32,790 nt of DNA from an uncultured Candidatus Saccharibacteria bacterium. Lineage in GTDB: Bacteria > Patescibacteriota > Saccharimonadia > Saccharimonadales > Saccharimonadaceae. Of the stretch, positions 27,766 to 32,790 are shown piece after piece. Each line of letters begins with the position of its first letter. Positions within the stretch are counted from its first letter, which is position 1. The stretch is from assembly GCA_916049555.1 (NCBI GenBank), contig CAJZIB010000001.1, positions 1 through 32,790 of the forward strand. Reading direction: 5' to 3'. Position numbers and translations under genes: made by a program. The notes beneath the pieces are model-generated. The model did no database searches. It saw only the letters and a list, made by a program, of their open reading frames with translations, and was not told the origin of the DNA.

Positions 27766-28326
27766 ATGTACGGTCCAACCGATTTAAAGAAAAACGTACT
27801 AATCACCTTAGATGGCCAGCCATACAAAGTCATTGAATATTCCCAAAAAGTTATGGGACGTGGCGGCTCCATCGTCAACGTACGTGTCAAAAACTTAATC
27901 ACTGGTGCATTAATTCCAAAGACTTTCAAAGGTCAGGAAAAAATCGAACCAGCCGAAGTTACCACCAAAAAAGTTCAGTATCTCTACAAGGATGAAGATA
28001 AGTTCTATTTTATGGACCCTTCAACTTTTGAACAGTATGAACTATCAAACGACCTTGTCGGTGATTCTAAAGATTTCATGAAAGATGGTGATGAGATGGA
28101 AATCCAGTTCTACAACGGTTCCGCTATTAACCTCACTCTTCCAAAGAATCTTTGGCTTGAAGTCACCTATACCGAAAATGCAGTTAAGGGCGATACTTCA
28201 ACTTCAGTTATGAAAGACGCCACCCTTGAAACTGGTGTCGTGGTTAAGGTCCCAGCTTTTATTAAAACTGGTGATGTAATTTCTGTTGATACGGAAACTT
28301 ATGCCTACCGTGAACGTCAAAAATAA
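27766..28326 (+). CDS. efp: Elongation factor P
   Basis: QYLY.D...YFMD..TFEQ, V.GDT....K.ATLETG....VP.FI..GD.I.VDT....Y.ER. Confidence 0.96.
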   Translation: MYGPTDLKKNVLITLDGQPYKVIEYSQKVMGRGGSIVNVRVKNLITGALIPKTFKGQEKIEPAEVTTKKVQYLYKDEDKFYFMDPSTFEQYELSNDLVGDSKDFMKDGDEMEIQFYNGSAINLTLPKNLWLEVTYTENAVKGDTSTSVMKDATLETGVVVKVPAFIKTGDVISVDTETYAYRERQK

Positions 28327-28327
28327 G

Positions 28328-29014
28328 ATGCGTTCATTGCGTGATCGAGATATGAATACGCATACCAGCATGCAAGCTATGCATACTAGTATGCCAGTGT
28401 CACGCGCAGAGAATAAGCTTGCGGGGGCGGCGCAGGCTTTTTCTTATGATTTTCGTGGTAAAACCGTGCTCGACATAGGCTCCAGTACTGGTGGCTTCAC
28501 CGAATATGCACTGCTTCGTGGTGCCAAGAAAGTCATTGCTATCGAAAGGGGGACTAGGCAGATGAAAGCACCCCTTCGTTTTGATCCGCGTATCGATTTA
28601 CGAGAAAAAACGGATATTTTTTCCGTGACTCGTAATTCGTTGTCGAGAGATCAAGATGAATCCGATGAAAATGAATCTAAAACAAATACAAGAATCGACA
28701 CAATCCTTGCCGACGTCTCTTTCATCTCCCTAAAACAGGTACTACTTCATGCTAAAAAACAGCTTGCCTCCCCTCAGACAGATTTTCTTGTCATGCTAAA
28801 GCCTCAATTTGAAGCCAGACCATTTCAACTGAAGAATGGTGTCGTCAAAAACGAAACTATTCGTCGCGACATCATCAAAGATTTTGAAGCTTGGCTCAAA
28901 AATAACGGCTTCTTGATCGTGAATAAACGCGATAATACTCTCGCTGGCAAAAACGGTAATCTTGAGCGATTTTATTTTCTTAAATTGGCCGTAATGTCCC
29001 ATAAAAACAGGTGA
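28328..29014 (+). CDS. tlyA: TlyA-family rRNA methyltransferase lacking the S4 domain (start uncertain, 28328 or 28391)
   Basis: VSRA..KL, LDIGSSTGGFT, DVSFISL, LKPQFE and G..GN.E motifs. Confidence 0.88.
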   Translation: MRSLRDRDMNTHTSMQAMHTSMPVSRAENKLAGAAQAFSYDFRGKTVLDIGSSTGGFTEYALLRGAKKVIAIERGTRQMKAPLRFDPRIDLREKTDIFSVTRNSLSRDQDESDENESKTNTRIDTILADVSFISLKQVLLHAKKQLASPQTDFLVMLKPQFEARPFQLKNGVVKNETIRRDIIKDFEAWLKNNGFLIVNKRDNTLAGKNGNLERFYFLKLAVMSHKNR

Positions 29015-29029
29015 TACGCTGGTATATTC

Positions 29030-29058
29030 TTGTCAAAGTGTTCATAATTTGCTATAAT
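29030..29058 (+). promoter_or_regulatory. rnj promoter
   Basis: TTGTCA-17 nt-TATAAT with extended TG. Confidence 0.75.
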
Positions 29059-29159
29059 ACTAACTAGTTAATCTTACTTATTTTCAAACAGAACAGAATT
29101 CAAGCGAAAATCTTTTTGTTTGCAAACTTTGTAGATCTTATTATTTAAAAAAGGAAATC

Positions 29160-31406
29160 ATGAATAAACAAGAACAAGAAAGACGTGCCAGACTCATGAA
29201 GATGCAGGCTGAGCGATTGCCAGAAATCAAACGCCGTTTCGAAGAAAATCAGAATCGTGCGAAACTTGCCGAAACTCCTGCTCCTGTTGAGACTGGTGCA
29301 GCAGTAATTTTTGAACAGGCTCAGAAGCGTAATTTCAACAGCAACTTCAAACCGGGCGGCAAGGACTATGCGGCTCGTTCAAAGAGAAAAAACAATTTCT
29401 CTGGCGATAATTCCGATACTCGCGCGAATAAAGCTGCCGATCAGTCCAAGAATAAAAAAGCCCCAAAAGCCAAAGCTCCAAAAGCTGCCAAAAACGTAAA
29501 AAGCACTGAAGCCGAAGAACGCAAGGTTAATCTTTCCGTCTCTACTAGGCGCGGCGACATGGTTCATCACCAGCGCATGCTTTCCCAGGATGTAAATGCT
29601 CAGGCTACTCAGCATATCATTGGTATTCCAGTTAATAAATCTCGCTTCAATGGCTATAATGGCGCCCAGGTTACTAACGCACAGCTCAAGTCGGCCCGTC
29701 CTGATCACGAGGCTGTTCGTATTATCCCAATCGGTGGTGTTGGTGAATTTGGTATTGGTAAAAACATGACCGCCATCGAGTACAAAGGTGAAATTATCGT
29801 TATCGACATGGGTGTACTTTTTGCCAGTGAAGATTACCCTGGCGTCAACTACATGGTCCCAGATATTAAATACCTCGAAGATAATATGGATAAGGTAAAG
29901 GCGATCCTCTTTACCCATGCCCACCTTGACCACATCGGTGCCTGCCGTCATCTACTTCCAAAATTCAATCCACTCACCCCGATCTATGCCACTGATTTTA
30001 CTATTGGTATGATCAAGAAACAGATGAGCGAACTTGAAGATGTTCCAGAGATGAACTACCAGGTGGTTGATCCATTCAAGCACGAAAAACTCCAGGTTTC
30101 TGAACACCTAAGCGTTGAGTTTATTCACACTCTTCACTCCATTCCGGGTAACTGTGCCATCATCATCCGCACCCCAAATGGCGTCATTTACTTCTCAGGT
30201 GACTGGCGCGCCGAAGCTAACCCAATCGAAAGACAAACTGACTTCGAGCGTATTGATGAAATCGTCAAAAACGAGGGAATCACCTTGATGCTCAACGAGT
30301 CTACCAACATTGACTCACCGGGCCATCATCCTCACTCTGAATACGACGTTGGTGACAATATCGGCAAGGTAATGGACCATTACGCTAATGGCCGTGTGAT
30401 CATCTCCTGTTTCTCTTCACAGATTAACCGTATTGGCATGATTCTCGAGCAGGCCTACCAGCGTGGACGCAAAGTTGCCTTTGCAGGTTTCTCAATGATT
30501 AATAATATCGAGGTCGCCCTCCGCGCTAAATGTATCAAAGTTCCAAAAGATACCGTAATGAAGATGGAAGATATTATTAAACTTCCTGACGATAAAATCA
30601 CCATCGTCTGTACCGGTTCCCAGGGCGAACTCAATGCCGTGCTTAATCGCATGGTCAGTGGTGCACATAAGTACATCAAGATTAAGGCCTCCGACACTAT
30701 CGTCTTCAGTTCAAACCCAATCCCAGGTAACGAGCCACACGTCGTTAACACTGTTGACGGACTCTTACGTGAGGGTGCTCAAGTTATTCAAAACGGCAAG
30801 ACTCACCTCACTAATATCGGTCCACTCCACCTTTCAGGTCACGCATATTACGAAGACCACGTCGATTTTGTCACTCGCCTGCAGCCAAAGAATTATATGC
30901 CATACCACGGTGAGTTCTTCATGATGGAACATAATGCCGAGATGGCTGAGAACGTGGTTGGTATCCCACATGAGAATATCCTCATTGCCGACGATGGCGA
31001 CGTTGTTGAATTAATGCCAGATCACACCATCCGCAAAAATGGTCGCATTCATGTTGGTAATAAACTTTACGATGATGCCGATAAGCCGGTTCATGAAGCT
31101 GTCGTAAAAGACCGTATTCATATCTCTCGCGAAGGTATCTTTATGATCGTCCTAACTCTCAGTAAGAAAACTGGTCGCCTCATTAAGACCCCAGATATCG
31201 TTTCCCGTGCTTTCATTTATCTTGACAATTCTGAAGAATTAATCGGTAAAATTCGCCACTATCTCCGCGTGAAAACTGAAAAATCCATCTCTTCCGACCC
31301 AGAACTAAAGGTCTTAAAAGATGAAATCAAAGAAGATATTACTCGTATTCTCTTTGACGCTACTGGCCATACTCCAATCGTTATCCCGGTCATCAATAAG
31401 GTTTAG
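29160..31406 (+). CDS. rnj: Ribonuclease J with ~180-aa N-terminal extension
   Basis: IGKNM, THAHLDHIG, HSIP, SGD, ESTN, TGSQGE, IPGNE, HLSGH and PYHGE motifs. Confidence 0.97.
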   Translation: MNKQEQERRARLMKMQAERLPEIKRRFEENQNRAKLAETPAPVETGAAVIFEQAQKRNFNSNFKPGGKDYAARSKRKNNFSGDNSDTRANKAADQSKNKKAPKAKAPKAAKNVKSTEAEERKVNLSVSTRRGDMVHHQRMLSQDVNAQATQHIIGIPVNKSRFNGYNGAQVTNAQLKSARPDHEAVRIIPIGGVGEFGIGKNMTAIEYKGEIIVIDMGVLFASEDYPGVNYMVPDIKYLEDNMDKVKAILFTHAHLDHIGACRHLLPKFNPLTPIYATDFTIGMIKKQMSELEDVPEMNYQVVDPFKHEKLQVSEHLSVEFIHTLHSIPGNCAIIIRTPNGVIYFSGDWRAEANPIERQTDFERIDEIVKNEGITLMLNESTNIDSPGHHPHSEYDVGDNIGKVMDHYANGRVIISCFSSQINRIGMILEQAYQRGRKVAFAGFSMINNIEVALRAKCIKVPKDTVMKMEDIIKLPDDKITIVCTGSQGELNAVLNRMVSGAHKYIKIKASDTIVFSSNPIPGNEPHVVNTVDGLLREGAQVIQNGKTHLTNIGPLHLSGHAYYEDHVDFVTRLQPKNYMPYHGEFFMMEHNAEMAENVVGIPHENILIADDGDVVELMPDHTIRKNGRIHVGNKLYDDADKPVHEAVVKDRIHISREGIFMIVLTLSKKTGRLIKTPDIVSRAFIYLDNSEELIGKIRHYLRVKTEKSISSDPELKVLKDEIKEDITRILFDATGHTPIVIPVINKV

Positions 31407-31476
31407 TATTCTTAGTAATGTCCAGGCCTTCAATAAGGTCCAGTATTCTTAGTAATATCCAGGCTACCAATAAGCT
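31394..31476. repeat. 37-nt tandem duplication including the rnj 3' end
   Basis: caataaggtttagtattcttagtaatgtccaggcctt / caataaggtccagtattcttagtaatatccaggctac / caataagct. Confidence 0.85.
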
Positions 31477-31499
31477 CCGCCAGGGGCTTATTGTTTTTG
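31468..31499 (+). terminator. rnj terminator
   Basis: caataagctcc-gcca-ggggcttattg followed by ttttt. Confidence 0.85.
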
Positions 31500-31556
31500 T
31501 CCATACTCGAAGCACAGGTATGTACTCGAAGCACGGTTTAGAGTATAATAAGCCTA

Positions 31557-32303
31557 ATGTTTTTTAAATCCTTAGGCATCGTCGCCGAACGTCCACTCCC
31601 CGAACTCCTTGCCTATCTTTTTCTCCTCTTCATTCTATATTCATTTGGCGGCTGGATTGTTGAATGTATCTGGACTTTAATCACAAAGCGCCGACTAGAG
31701 AACCGCGGCTTCCTTTTTGGTCCAATCTGTCCAATCTATGGTGTTGGCTCATTACTTTGTGTTCTATTCCTTACACCACTCAATTTGTCCTGGCCGGCCA
31801 CATTTTTCACGATGGTCATCCTCTGTGATGTCATAGAATACGTCACCTCGGTTGTCCTTGAAAAACTCTACCACGTTCGCTGGTGGGATTATACTACAGG
31901 TTCACTTCTGCACCTAAACGGTCGTATTTCGCTTGAAACCTCCATCGGGTTTGGGGTTGGCGGTATTGCTATTCTTCATCTCGTTCAGCCAATTTATACT
32001 AATTTCCTCGCATATTTTTCTCCTCTAACACTTCTCATTGTCGCATGTCTCCTAGCTATTATCTTCATTGCGGATATTATCTTCTCCACTATTGCCATTG
32101 CCAATGTTACTAATCGTATGGCCGGAGGCACAATTGACCTAACAGCCGAAATTAAAAAATTTAGCATCAATTATTATAAGAAAGCCTCGCGTCTCAGCCG
32201 CAAGATTGCGCGCTCCGCCCTTTCTCAGGTTGAGAAAGCTCAAAAAGAAGCTAAGCGCCGCGTCCAGAATACTTTTGGTCCTAAAGATTCTAGTAATAAA
32301 TAA
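31557..32303 (+). CDS. DUF1113 (CmpB/TMEM229-like) putative ABC-transporter permease family membrane protein
   Basis: YSF.GW..E, NRGFL.GPICPIYG.G, EY.TS..LEK....RWWDY, L.GRI.L. Confidence 0.88.
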   Translation: MFFKSLGIVAERPLPELLAYLFLLFILYSFGGWIVECIWTLITKRRLENRGFLFGPICPIYGVGSLLCVLFLTPLNLSWPATFFTMVILCDVIEYVTSVVLEKLYHVRWWDYTTGSLLHLNGRISLETSIGFGVGGIAILHLVQPIYTNFLAYFSPLTLLIVACLLAIIFIADIIFSTIAIANVTNRMAGGTIDLTAEIKKFSINYYKKASRLSRKIARSALSQVEKAQKEAKRRVQNTFGPKDSSNK

Positions 32304-32331
32304 TTCACTTATTCATTCACTCATTTATTTG

Positions 32332-32751
32332 TTAATCCAAAAAATAGGTCTTCAAATCACTATTCTCGCGTAGCTCTAAAATGAATGGCGACTCTTTATC
32401 CTTTACCGTGAGAAATAAAACTTTCTTCCGTGCACGTGTCATTGCTACATAAAATAACCTCCTTTCTTCTGAAAATGCAAAGTCTGAGTCGCTAGGCTTT
32501 CTCCTCCATAAGAAATCCCTGAGAAATTGAAACCTTCCTCCAGTATCTTTATTATTTGAAAGTTTGAGTATGGCCAGCTCGCGTACGAGCCCTGCTAATT
32601 CATCTTCCTCCACTCGACTCGGAAAACCTAATGTTGCATCTCGGCAATTTATGATAAATACATAATCTGCCTGCAATCCCTTAGATTTATGCGCGCTTAA
32701 GAAACTAATCTCAAGATCTGGTCGCTCACGCATGATAATCTGGAGTTTGTC
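32332..32751 (-). CDS. UvrD/helicase IV-like superfamily 1 helicase, C-terminal fragment
   Basis: Motif V SAHKSKGLQADYVFI and motif VI EERRLFYVAMTRAR. The frame is open up to the adapter junction. Confidence 0.9.
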   Translation of the reverse strand, partial: DKLQIIMRERPDLEISFLSAHKSKGLQADYVFIINCRDATLGFPSRVEEDELAGLVRELAILKLSNNKDTGGRFQFLRDFLWRRKPSDSDFAFSEERRLFYVAMTRARKKVLFLTVKDKESPFILELRENSDLKTYFLD

Positions 32752-32790
32752 AGATCGGAAGAGCGTCGTGTAGGGAAAGAGTGTTCAGAG
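32752..32790 (+). other. Illumina TruSeq adapter read-through plus partial i5 index (artefact)
   Basis: Exact AGATCGGAAGAGCGTCGTGTAGGGAAAGAGTGT (32752-32784) followed by TCAGAG. Confidence 0.98.

Overview
Chromosomal segment that is most likely from a Patescibacteria/Saccharibacteria (TM7)-type bacterium. This is inferred from the protein families and gene order, not from a database hit. Left to right: a Bacillota-style capsule/EPS control cluster (LCP/CpsA fragment, VanZ, CpsB phosphatase, fused CpsC-CpsD tyrosine kinase); an unexplained ~285-nt stand-alone structured transcript carrying a 26-codon basic sORF; aspS, uppP, rpsT, holA-like and mutM; two secreted unknown proteins; a degenerate DHH-like protein with a very long Pro/Gln tail; truB, rpsO, an orphan gene, pnp, a membrane-anchored orphan and ftsK; a BspA/DUF285 surface protein; rpsF-ssb-rpsR-efp-tlyA; rnj; a DUF1113-type membrane protein; and a truncated UvrD-family helicase. 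The last 39 nt are an Illumina TruSeq adapter plus partial index and are not genomic. Two window-wide patterns stand out. First, many core genes have a -10 box only 6-9 nt before the ATG, which suggests leaderless mRNAs. Second, gene 3' ends are repeatedly followed by short degenerate copies of themselves that tend to keep the amino acids and stop codon. No rRNA, tRNA, CRISPR array, integrase or transposase was found.
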